Source: Variovorax sp. CAN15
GTDB taxonomy: Bacteria; Pseudomonadota; Gammaproteobacteria; Burkholderiales; Burkholderiaceae_C
Length of the DNA: 32,000 nt
Assembly (NCBI RefSeq): GCF_030462475.1
Contig: NZ_JASMRZ010000049.1
Span: 1-32,000, forward strand
Direction: 5' to 3'
Made by a program: the position numbers and the translations under genes
Shown: piece by piece, positions 7,812 to 14,778 of the stretch
Numbering within the stretch: position 1 is the first letter of the stretch
Layout: each line of letters begins with the position of its first letter
Notes under the pieces: model-generated
Databases searched by the model: none
Seen by the model: the letters and a program-made list of their open reading frames with translations, nothing else
Told to the model about the DNA's origin: nothing

Positions 7812-9284
7812 GTGGCTCATCTTCTCCGCCTGATCCTGGCCGCCGTGCTGGCGGTTTTCTCGGTGTCGGTGCATGCGCTGATTCCGGTATCGGACTCCTG
7901 GTCTTTCAACGCCGCGCAGTACGGTGATTCCGGCAAGCAAGGGTCTGGCTTCGCGTCTGCGCAAGCTGCTTGCGATGCGTACGTCAACGCGCAAAAGGCT
8001 TCCATACCGTCGTGGACCTTTGGTTCTGGTGCTGTCGGTGCGGCCGCATCGCCCGCGAGTATTTGGGGTGACTTCAAGTGCACCGTCTATGCCAATAACG
8101 GGTCTATCGGTCCGATGCAGGCTGGTCTTTACAAGAGTGCTGGTGGTAGCTGTCCCGCTAACAGCACGCTTGTTTCTTCGTTGAATCAGTGCTCATGCAA
8201 CGCGAACTATGAAGAGGATTCGACGCACACGAGTTGCGTGCCCTCTAAGTCGCGGTGGGAGAAGGCGTGTGAGGGCAACATTGGCAAGCGCTACAACTTT
8301 CAGTCCGCTGGTAAGAACCAGGCTGGCGGCTGCCAGACCGAAATTAACAACGTCAATTCGCCCATCGAGGGCGATACGGGTGGCTTGCCCGATTCGTTCG
8401 GTTGCCAGGTGCGTTTCGTTGATGACGGCAGTAAGACGTCGGCGCTTGATCCAGACACCAAGGAGTGGGTCACGAAGGGCCTCGGCCGTGTTACCGGCGA
8501 GACCTGTGTTGGTACTGGCGTGCCAGTGCCTAGCGACGCTCCCGAGGGCACCACGCAGGAATCCGAGGGCAAGAACGATCAGTGCCCCTATGGGCTGGTG
8601 AAGGGTGTCAACGGGCAGATCGTGTGCGCGTACAGCGATCCCAATGGCACCATCGAAGGCACGGAGACCAGCACCGTCAAGAACCCCGACGGCACGTCGA
8701 CTGACACCAAGAAAGAGATCAAGTGCGATGGTGGTGTGTGCACGACGACGACAACAACGACGACACGCGATAGCGCGGGCACCATCGTCGGCACGAAGAT
8801 CGATGAGAAGAAAGAGTCCATCGGGGAGACGTGCAACAAGGACCCGGGCAATAAGGTGTGTGCCACCACGGGCGGTGGAGGTTCTGATGGTGGTGCTGGG
8901 TTCAGTGGTACGTGCGAGGCTGGCTTTCAGGCCAAGGGTGAGGATCCTGTGTTGAACGCGATGGCGCTTGAACAGTACAAGCGCAATTGCGAGACCTTCC
9001 GTACCGACATGGAGCCGTCGACGTGGGTTGTTGCCGAAGGCCAGAAGACCGGCAACGCCATGGAGGGCAATCCCAACAATGGGTCCGTAAGTGTCGGCCC
9101 CGGCAACTTCGACCAGTCCGATGCACTCGGCGGTGGCGGTTGCAATCTCAACAAGACGGTCGTGGTGCGCGGCTACAGCGTCGCCCTGCCCTTCAACGTC
9201 CTGTGTGACCCGCTCGCTGTGTTGGGTCAGATCCTGGTGGCCGTCTCGCTCCTGTTGGCGGCTCGTATCGTCACAAGGGGGTAA
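7812..9284 (+). CDS. Adsorption / minor coat protein (g3p-like), secreted, Cys-rich, C-terminally anchored
   Basis: The in-frame GTG at 7812 gives a signal peptide (AHLLRLILAAVLAVFSVSVHA). The track start at 7710 is an alternative. The protein has many Cys residues, a poly-Thr tract (CTTTTTTTRD), Gly-rich linkers (TTGGGGSDGGAGFSG, GGGG) and a terminal TM anchor (LGQILVAVSLLLAARIVTRG). It sits between the coat gene and the g6p-like gene. Confidence 0.65.
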   Translation: MAHLLRLILAAVLAVFSVSVHALIPVSDSWSFNAAQYGDSGKQGSGFASAQAACDAYVNAQKASIPSWTFGSGAVGAAASPASIWGDFKCTVYANNGSIGPMQAGLYKSAGGSCPANSTLVSSLNQCSCNANYEEDSTHTSCVPSKSRWEKACEGNIGKRYNFQSAGKNQAGGCQTEINNVNSPIEGDTGGLPDSFGCQVRFVDDGSKTSALDPDTKEWVTKGLGRVTGETCVGTGVPVPSDAPEGTTQESEGKNDQCPYGLVKGVNGQIVCAYSDPNGTIEGTETSTVKNPDGTSTDTKKEIKCDGGVCTTTTTTTTRDSAGTIVGTKIDEKKESIGETCNKDPGNKVCATTGGGGSDGGAGFSGTCEAGFQAKGEDPVLNAMALEQYKRNCETFRTDMEPSTWVVAEGQKTGNAMEGNPNNGSVSVGPGNFDQSDALGGGGCNLNKTVVVRGYSVALPFNVLCDPLAVLGQILVAVSLLLAARIVTRG

Positions 9285-9286
9285 CC

Positions 9287-9586
9287 ATGCCACTCATCCT
9301 CGCGCTGTTGTTGCGCGGTCTTCTCTGGGTCTCCGGCAGTGTCGCCGGCCAGGTGCTGCTGCGACTCGGCATCGGTGTCGTCACGTACACCGGCACCAAT
9401 GCCAGTCTCGCCTGGTTGAAGTCGCAGGCCGTCTCTGCGCTTCAGGGCATGGGCGGTGATTACATCGCCCTCCTCTCCTACATGAAGGTCGGTGTCTGCA
9501 TCAGCATCATCACCAGCGCCATCGTGGCGCGTGCTGTCGTCACGGGCATTACCAGTGACAGCGTCAAGCGCTGGGTGTTGAAGTGA
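9287..9586 (+). CDS. Minor coat protein g6p-like (DUF2523-type)
   Basis: 99-aa multi-hydrophobic-segment protein (GQVLLRLGIGVVTYTGTNASLAWLKSQ...). This is the pattern and position of DUF2523 proteins that precede Zot in Pf/Xanthomonas-type inoviruses. Confidence 0.65.
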   Translation: MPLILALLLRGLLWVSGSVAGQVLLRLGIGVVTYTGTNASLAWLKSQAVSALQGMGGDYIALLSYMKVGVCISIITSAIVARAVVTGITSDSVKRWVLK

Positions 9587-9750
9587 CTGATCTCGCTTTG
9601 TCGTTGGTGTGTTTGGCGCTGGCGTTCGTCAGTTGGGCTGGTGCGAATCGTGCGATCGATGCTGATGACGACAGTACGGTCATTCGATATCTGGTTGTTA
9701 TGGCTGGCCTTGGCGGTATCGGGTTGGCCAACACTGTTGGGCGGTTCTGA
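9583..9750 (+). CDS. Small membrane protein (55 aa), not in the supplied ORF track
   Basis: The GTG at 9583 overlaps the g6p-like stop (GTGA). Translation gives MTDLALSLVCLALAFVSWAGANRAIDADDDSTVIRYLVVMAGLGGIGLANTVGRF. Its stop overlaps the Zot ATG (TGATG at 9748-9752). Confidence 0.4.
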   Translation: MTDLALSLVCLALAFVSWAGANRAIDADDDSTVIRYLVVMAGLGGIGLANTVGRF

Positions 9751-10958
9751 TGCTGTATCTCCGCACTGGGGCCAATGGCTCCTGCAAGTCCCTCTTCACG
9801 CTCAAGGATGTGCGCGAGAAGCAGCTCGCCGAGCTGCGGCCGGTCTGCGTCATCGTCGGTGACGATACCGATCCGACCAGGCAGTACGTGAAGATCAAGC
9901 CAGCGATCATGGAGGAGTTCGGCTGGAAGACCTGCCAGTTCAAGGACTGGTGGGCGCAGGCCGATGGCACGATCTTCCTGGCCGATGAATGCCATAACTA
10001 CCTGCCCAAGCGTCCGAATGGATCTGCAGTTCCGCAGTACGTCAGCCGCCTGGCCGAGCATCGAGCTCGTGGCATGGACTTCTTCCTGCTTACCCAGCAT
10101 CCGAGCAACATCGACAGCTTCGTGACGAAGCTGGTCGGGTCGCCTGGCTGGCACCAGCATCTCAAGCGGGCGTTCGGTGCGTCCAACGTGACCAGCGTGA
10201 TCCAGTGGTCGGCGGTCAACAACCAGTGCGAGAAAGATGGCTCGGGCAAGTCTGGCCAGGTCGACATGCGCAGTCAGCCGAAGGATGTGTTCGTCTGGTA
10301 CGACAGCGCCGAGCTGCACACCGGTAAGCGCAAGATCCCGCGCCAGTTCTGGATGGTCGCCGTCGGTGTGCCGCTGGCGCTCGGCATGTTCTTCATGGCC
10401 GCGAAGCTGCTCTGGGATCGCACCCACAAGTCCACCGTGGTGCAGGCTGGCCAGCCTGGCCAGGCCGGACCTGGAGCGCCTGGTGCGGCAGCTGCTGCAC
10501 GCGATCACGTGATGACGCCAACCGAGTACATCGCCAGCTACAAGCCACGTGTGCCTGGCTTGATGCATTCGGCGCCGGCGTACGACAAGCTGACGGAGCC
10601 GAAGCGTGTGCCGGTGCCGGCCGCGTGTGTCTCGATGCCGTCGAAGGGTTGCAAGTGCTACACGCAAGATGCGACGCCCTATCCGGTCGACCAGGCCATG
10701 TGCGATGGCCTGGTCAAGCATGGCGCGTTCTACGCTTTTGCGGCTGAAGGTGAGCGCAAGGCCTACGATCAGCCGCGTATCGCCCGCCAAGGCCCGGAAA
10801 CGGCCCTTCCTGGGGCTGTCGCTCCGATCCTGATCGACGGGGGCCCTAAGTCGCCCGGTGCCGCTACGACGGTCGCAACCGCGGTGCCGCCAGATCTGGG
10901 CAGTCAGCCGCGTGTCCGGCCTGGCTCGCCATGGTCGTTCGAGCTCCCTGCACGTTGA
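9750..10958 (+). CDS. Zonula occludens toxin-like assembly ATPase (g1p / Zot family)
   Basis: N-terminal P-loop (LRTGANGSCKS) and a Walker-B-like IFLADECH. It also has the EHRARGMDFFLLTQHPSNID block typical of Zot/g1p. A central TM segment (FWMVAVGVPLALGMFFMAAKLLW) is followed by a periplasmic tail. Confidence 0.8.
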   Translation: MLYLRTGANGSCKSLFTLKDVREKQLAELRPVCVIVGDDTDPTRQYVKIKPAIMEEFGWKTCQFKDWWAQADGTIFLADECHNYLPKRPNGSAVPQYVSRLAEHRARGMDFFLLTQHPSNIDSFVTKLVGSPGWHQHLKRAFGASNVTSVIQWSAVNNQCEKDGSGKSGQVDMRSQPKDVFVWYDSAELHTGKRKIPRQFWMVAVGVPLALGMFFMAAKLLWDRTHKSTVVQAGQPGQAGPGAPGAAAAARDHVMTPTEYIASYKPRVPGLMHSAPAYDKLTEPKRVPVPAACVSMPSKGCKCYTQDATPYPVDQAMCDGLVKHGAFYAFAAEGERKAYDQPRIARQGPETALPGAVAPILIDGGPKSPGAATTVATAVPPDLGSQPRVRPGSPWSFELPAR

Positions 10959-10964
10959 AGTGAA

Positions 10965-11010
10965 AAAGCCGCCCTCGGGCGGCTCCGCCCTCGGGCGGCT
11001 TCGTTTTTTC
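10965..11010. terminator. Tandem GC hairpins with flanking A/T runs, acting as a bidirectional intrinsic terminator between Zot (+) and the ParB-like gene (-)
   Basis: The sequence is AAAAAGCCGCCCTCGGGCGGCTCCGCCCTCGGGCGGCTTCGTTTTTT. It contains two copies of a CCGCCC-TCG-GGCGG stem-loop, with an A-run upstream and a T-run downstream. Confidence 0.7.
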
Positions 11011-11021
11011 GCACGCGAAAC

Positions 11022-12080
11022 TCACACTATGGTCGCGCGGATCTCGATGGCGAGATCTCGGAGCGTCAGGTCGATGTTGTTGGCACCGAGGATGTAGGCG
11101 GCGGTGTCTTCGGTGCTCGGGTAGTTGTCTATCCATCGCGCGATTCGGCGCATGGCGTCGAGCTTAGTTGCCGTCACGAGCTGGTGGCCTGACTGCCATG
11201 CCTCTACTACGTATTCGCACATGACCTGTTGTTGTTCAGCGGTCAGCTTTCCGATGACTGCGTCGAGATCGACGTTCTCGCTGGGCTTGAGTTCGTCGAT
11301 CAGATCGTCAAAGCCATGACTTGCCGTCCAGCTCGGTGTCTTTTGCTCTGTGACTGGTGCGTTCTTGGCTTTCGCTTTCTTTTTCGCGGAGGCCTTTTTC
11401 TCGGCTGCGATCTTCTCCTTGATTTCGGCCAGTAGCGCGCGTGCTTCCGTGCGGCCGGCCTTGCCGGTTTCGATGGCGTCGAGCAGCTGCTGTTGCGGTC
11501 TGCCCCACGCGAGCGTTTCGATCTGCGAGATCGTTAGCACCAGGTCGAGGTCTTCCGTCTTGCCGCTGTCCAGCAGCATGCGCGCGCGCCAGCTCAGCTT
11601 CGTGGCCGCTGCTAGGTGCTTCGACACCCATGGCAGCGATTTGCCCGTCAGCGCCGCGATGGGTTTCAGCGCCTGGTGCTTGTCGTAGAGCTTCTTTACG
11701 TTGGCCGCGAGATCCTGCACGCTCAGGTCTTCGCGCTGGATGTTTTCCACGAGCTGCATTTCGGCCGCCTTGGCCGCGTCGATCTCGCCGATGAGGGCGG
11801 GCACGGCGGTAAGGCCTGCCAGGTGTGCTGCGCGTACGCGTCGCTCGCCGGCGATGATGATGAAGCTGCCCATCTTGTCCGGATCTGGGCGCAACAGGAC
11901 GGGCTGCATCATGCCCTGCTGCTTCATGCTCTCGGCCAGCTCCTGCAGCGTTGCTTCGTCGAAGAACGTGCGGACCTGGTCCTCCGCGCGGATGTTCTCG
12001 AGCGAGATGAATTGCAGCGCAGGCGCTGCCGGTGTGGTGGTCGCCGGTGTTGCCGGCGTCTTGCGGGTCTTCGTGGCCAT
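11022..12080 (-). CDS. ParB/Spo0J-like N-terminal domain protein (352 aa) with a Lys-rich linker and an unassigned C-terminal domain
   Basis: ParB-box motifs QPVLLRPDPDKMGSFIIIAGERRVRAAHLAGLTAVPALI. A KKASAKKKAKAK linker follows. The ~130-aa C-terminal region was not recognised. Confidence 0.75.
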   Translation of the reverse strand: MATKTRKTPATPATTTPAAPALQFISLENIRAEDQVRTFFDEATLQELAESMKQQGMMQPVLLRPDPDKMGSFIIIAGERRVRAAHLAGLTAVPALIGEIDAAKAAEMQLVENIQREDLSVQDLAANVKKLYDKHQALKPIAALTGKSLPWVSKHLAAATKLSWRARMLLDSGKTEDLDLVLTISQIETLAWGRPQQQLLDAIETGKAGRTEARALLAEIKEKIAAEKKASAKKKAKAKNAPVTEQKTPSWTASHGFDDLIDELKPSENVDLDAVIGKLTAEQQQVMCEYVVEAWQSGHQLVTATKLDAMRRIARWIDNYPSTEDTAAYILGANNIDLTLRDLAIEIRATIV

Positions 12081-12083
12081 GGC

Positions 12084-12386
12084 TCAGTACTCCTGGCGGA
12101 AGGTGAAGCCGTCGGCCAGGATCGACTTGTCGTAGGATTTCCACGCGATGTGAGAGCCGCGCGGCAGGTTGTCTGGTGCGTCGAGGTTTCCTGCCATCTG
12201 CCAATCCATGAAGAAGTCGCCCGTAACGTCGCCTGCGCATTCATGAGCGTATGGATGGCGGCATGGTGTGAATGCGCCTCCGAAGGTCGGTGGCGTCACC
12301 AGCTCGAGCTGGGCCTGGCTGGGGGTGGTCGCCGGCGCGAGTTGCGCTGCGGCGAAGGATGCGAACGAGATCTGAGTAGCGGACAT
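12084..12386 (-). CDS. Hypothetical protein (100 aa), first gene of the reverse-strand ParB-like operon
   Basis: The ATG at 12386 is preceded by AGGAG (CAGGAGTCCACATG on the minus strand). It ends 3 nt before the ParB-like ATG, and the ParB-like SD (AGGAG) lies within its last codons. No family recognised. Confidence 0.55.
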   Translation of the reverse strand: MSATQISFASFAAAQLAPATTPSQAQLELVTPPTFGGAFTPCRHPYAHECAGDVTGDFFMDWQMAGNLDAPDNLPRGSHIAWKSYDKSILADGFTFRQEY

Positions 12387-12444
12387 GTGGACTCCTGGAA
12401 GTTGGGCTGTTGAAGGGAATACCTTCAGCAGTCGCTTCCTCGCT

Positions 12445-12463
12445 CCCCTCGCAGGGCGAGGGG
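12445..12463. other. Short perfect hairpin CCCCTCGC-AGG-GCGAGGGG
   Basis: 8-bp stem with a 3-nt loop in the phage non-coding region. The same CCCCTCGC arm recurs at the apex of the large hairpin at 12494-12604. Confidence 0.5.
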
Positions 12464-12493
12464 CGGGGGGGAGTGGGTTGCTCGTGCAACAAG

Positions 12494-12604
12494 AAAAATC
12501 CGGCCAGTGCCGGAATCCCGCATAAAAAACACCCCCGTTGCGCCCCTCGCAAAAGCGTGGGGTCAACGGGGGTGTTTGCGGGATTCCAAGCTGGTCGGAT
12601 TTTT
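12494..12604. other. ~111-nt imperfect hairpin in the main phage intergenic region (candidate packaging signal and/or origin structure)
   Basis: Three paired blocks: 12494-12507 with 12591-12604 (one G-T pair), 12512-12522 with 12577-12587, and 12528-12540 with 12564-12576. An apical extension CCCCTCGC-AAAA-GCGTGGGG has one mismatch. In total ~45 bp are paired, with small bulges. Confidence 0.6.
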
Positions 12605-12756
12605 CAGTGGGTAGCTATCGCCAAAAGCACCAGGCGTGACATAGCGCAGCGGGAAGGTAGCGAAGCGGACGGCTGGCGCGACTGGTGACTTGGCGATGCG
12701 GCCTCGAGGTCACGCAGCTGGTGCACACAGATCCGCCGCGGGGCGGCGCCCTCCCC

Positions 12757-13017
12757 TCAATCTGCCCGCATGTCGGGAGTTGAGATCGTCAGCTTGAGGC
12801 CGTCTCGCAGCTCCGGCGTATTCCTGGTCGAGCGCATTTCTCTGTTCGCGTCCATGAAGCCATCGCGCACAGCTATACGAATGACCCAGTAGAGAAGCCA
12901 CAGTGTGATTGCTGTCGAGATCGCTCCAATGATGAAGAGCACGACGAGCTCCTGTCCTGCCTGGTGCTGTGCCTGGCGCACCATCTGGTCAAGGTGTCTT
13001 TGTAGTTGTGGGTCCAT
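12757..13017 (-). CDS. Small membrane protein (86 aa), hypothetical
   Basis: Unbiased composition with one clear TM helix (LVVLFIIGAISTAITLWLLYWVI). It lies inside the predicted prophage, next to attR. No family recognised. Confidence 0.45.
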   Translation of the reverse strand: MDPQLQRHLDQMVRQAQHQAGQELVVLFIIGAISTAITLWLLYWVIRIAVRDGFMDANREMRSTRNTPELRDGLKLTISTPDMRAD

Positions 13018-13018
13018 G

Positions 13019-13048
13019 AAAAAGGCCTCCGATCGGAGGCCGTATTTT
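13019..13048. terminator. Hairpin GGCCTCC-GATC-GGAGGCC flanked by an A-run and a T-run (bidirectional terminator-like)
   Basis: 7-bp GC stem at 13024-13041, with AAAAA at 13019-13023 and TATTTT at 13044-13048. On the minus strand the stem contains the GGAGG that would serve as the SD for ORF 12757-13017. Confidence 0.5.
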
Positions 13049-13121
13049 GCTGGTAGTCTTAACGAGATTTACATTTTTTCAAGCGAATTTCGCTTGACAT
13101 AAGCCCGATTGTGTTCTGCTA

Positions 13122-13149
13122 AATCGAGCTTTTGCACATTGTATCCAAT
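13122..13149. repeat. Second dif-like copy (attR): AATCGAGCTTT-TGCACA-TTGTATCCAAT
   Basis: The spacer and right arm match the 4029-4045 copy except for one G/A difference. The left arm does not resemble a XerD arm (4/11 to ATTTAACATAA). This is what a phage-derived half-site would look like. Confidence 0.55.
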
Positions 13150-13197
13150 GCCACACCAGTTCGGACGACGCTCAAACCTTCTGAGCCTAGACGAAGC

Positions 13198-13878
13198 TCA
13201 CCACTTGCCGTCCTTGGGAACAGCCTTGACCGCGCTGGCCTTTGCATTCGCTGCCGCGGCGATCATCGAGGCGGCTTCCGAGCGGTTCGCCTTGTTGGCG
13301 AAGTCGACGGCGGTCATGCCCAGCTGGTTCTTCATGGTCGTGTCGGCGCCCTCTTCCAGCAGCAGCTTCACGGCGTCGTTGGAGCCGTACATGGCGGCCA
13401 TCATCAACGGCGTGGTGCCGTTGGGCGATTGCGCATCGATGAAGGCGAAGTTCTCGAGCAGCGTCTTCATGATCGCGATCTGGCCGCTGGTGGCTGCGTA
13501 GTGCAGCGGCGTCCAGCCGGTCTTGTTGACGGCTGCGTCGCGCTTGAGAAGCTGGGCGACGATGTCCTGCTGACCCTTGATCGCGGCCAGCATCAGCGGG
13601 GTTTCGTCCTTGGGACTGGCGATGTCCACATCGGTCTGCGGCGCCTCGATCAGCACCTTGATGACTTTCGGCGATGGCTCGCGCAGCGCGATCAGCAGGC
13701 CCGTCTGGCCGTGTTCGTCGCGGGTGTTGGGGTCGAACCCGCGCTGGATCAGGTTGCTGACGCCGCTGGCGTTGTCGCCGCGAACGGCACGGAAGAAGTC
13801 TTCGAATGAGCCGGCGTGCGCTGCAAAAGATGCAGCAATGACAATGAGATAAATCGATTTCTTGAAGTAGTTTTTCAT
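13198..13878 (-). CDS. Secreted ankyrin-repeat protein
   Basis: Signal peptide MKNYFKKSIYLIVIAASFAAHA. Several ANK repeats follow (TPLMLAAIKGQQDIVAQLL, GWTPLHYAATSGQIAIMKTLL, GTTPLMMAAMYGSNDAVKLLLEEGAD). Confidence 0.85.
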   Translation of the reverse strand: MKNYFKKSIYLIVIAASFAAHAGSFEDFFRAVRGDNASGVSNLIQRGFDPNTRDEHGQTGLLIALREPSPKVIKVLIEAPQTDVDIASPKDETPLMLAAIKGQQDIVAQLLKRDAAVNKTGWTPLHYAATSGQIAIMKTLLENFAFIDAQSPNGTTPLMMAAMYGSNDAVKLLLEEGADTTMKNQLGMTAVDFANKANRSEAASMIAAAANAKASAVKAVPKDGKW

Positions 13879-14681
13879 GATTTGACTTCCCTGAACAATG
13901 CTTCGAAATTGTCGCTCGTGGCCTTGGCGACGGCCTCTACGGGCATCTGCCTGAGCTCCGCGATCTGCTGCGCCACGTAGGGCACGTAAGACGGGTTGTT
14001 GGTCTTGCCGCGGTACGGCACCGGCGCGAGATACGGGCTGTCGGTTTCGATCAGCATCCGGTCCAGCGGCACGAAGGCGGCCACGTCGCGCAGGTCCTGC
14101 GCCTTCTTGAAGGTCAGGATGCCGGAGAACGAGATGTAGAAACCGAGGTCGAGCGCGGCGCGGGCCACCTCGGCGGTCTCGGTGAAGCAGTGGAACACGC
14201 CGCCGGCCGCGCCAGGCGAGGCATCCTCGCCCTCTTCCTTCAGGATCGCCAGCGTGTCCGCCGAAGCCTCGCGGGTGTGGATGATCAGCGGCTTGCGGGT
14301 CTGCCGGGCGGCTCGGATGTGCACGCGGAAGCGGTCACGCTGCCACTCCATGTCGGAGATGCTGCGGCCGCCCTTGCGCTCTTCCATCTGGTAGTAGTCG
14401 AGGCCGGTTTCGCCGATGGCCACCACACGCGGCCTCTGAGAAAGGCGCACCAGGTCGTCGACCGAAGGCTCGGCGATGTCCTCGTTGTCGGGGTGCACGC
14501 CCACGCTCGCCCAGAAGTTGTCGTAGCTGGCGGCAAGGGCCTGCACTTCGTCGAATTCCTCGAGCTTGGTGCAGATGCAGAGTGCCCGGTCGACCTGAGC
14601 CGCGGCCATGGCGGCGCGGATCTGCGGCATCTGGCCCGCGAATTCGGGAAACGTGAGGTGGCAGTGGGAGTCTGTGAACAT
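13875..14681 (-). CDS. TatD-family metal-dependent hydrolase (YcfH-like)
   Basis: The ATG at 14681 gives MFTDSHCHLTF, the HxH metal motif. Other motifs are AIGETGLDYY, PLIIHTREA, GVFHCF and ETDSPYLAP. Its stop overlaps the ankyrin gene start. Confidence 0.9.
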   Translation of the reverse strand: MFTDSHCHLTFPEFAGQMPQIRAAMAAAQVDRALCICTKLEEFDEVQALAASYDNFWASVGVHPDNEDIAEPSVDDLVRLSQRPRVVAIGETGLDYYQMEERKGGRSISDMEWQRDRFRVHIRAARQTRKPLIIHTREASADTLAILKEEGEDASPGAAGGVFHCFTETAEVARAALDLGFYISFSGILTFKKAQDLRDVAAFVPLDRMLIETDSPYLAPVPYRGKTNNPSYVPYVAQQIAELRQMPVEAVAKATSDNFEALFREVKS

Positions 14682-14778
14682 CGGAAATGATGGAGTGCGC
14701 GGCGCATGCCCTTCTGGGGCCTCCATGGGAGGTTGCGCCGTCGACCGAGTTCCGCGTCACGAGGACGGGGCGGAAAAC

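Larger units (their letters stand above)
4018..13149 (+). mobile_element. Integrated filamentous phage (inovirus-like prophage, ~9.1 kb) bounded by dif-like direct repeats
   Basis: Canonical inovirus module order: repressor (-), then RCR initiator, candidate ssDNA-binding protein, tiny membrane ORFs, major coat with leader, g3p-like, g6p-like and Zot/g1p. Genes are linked by ATGA/GTGA/TGATG overlaps. Parts of the region are visibly more AT-rich than the flanks. A 19-bp direct repeat TGCACATTGT(G/A)TCCAATGC sits at both ends. No integrase or secretin gene is present. Confidence 0.8.

Noticed and set aside
7773-7832. 19-aa hydrophobic micro-ORF (MGLFVIIAILGALWLIFSA) between the coat and g3p-like genes
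   Set aside because: It is plausible as a tiny membrane peptide. However, it overlaps the preferred g3p start region in another frame, has no convincing SD, and is too short to support without comparative or expression data.
8193-10790. 366-aa and 408-aa minus-strand ORFs opposite the g3p-like and Zot genes
   Set aside because: The forward frames fit the inovirus operon, with coupling, a signal peptide, a P-loop and TM segments. The reverse ORFs have no start context or motifs.
12387-13197. Possible tRNA/tmRNA integration target near the prophage ends (also checked at 3992-4020)
   Set aside because: I found no cloverleaf-compatible sequence or conserved T-loop (GTTCRANNC) context. The repeat at the boundaries has dif-like 11-6-11 geometry instead.
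13109-13809. Plus-strand ORFs 13109-13501 and 13132-13809 starting in the attR region
   Set aside because: They are antisense to the ankyrin-repeat gene, which has a signal peptide and canonical ANK repeats. No SD precedes them, and they begin inside the non-coding att region.
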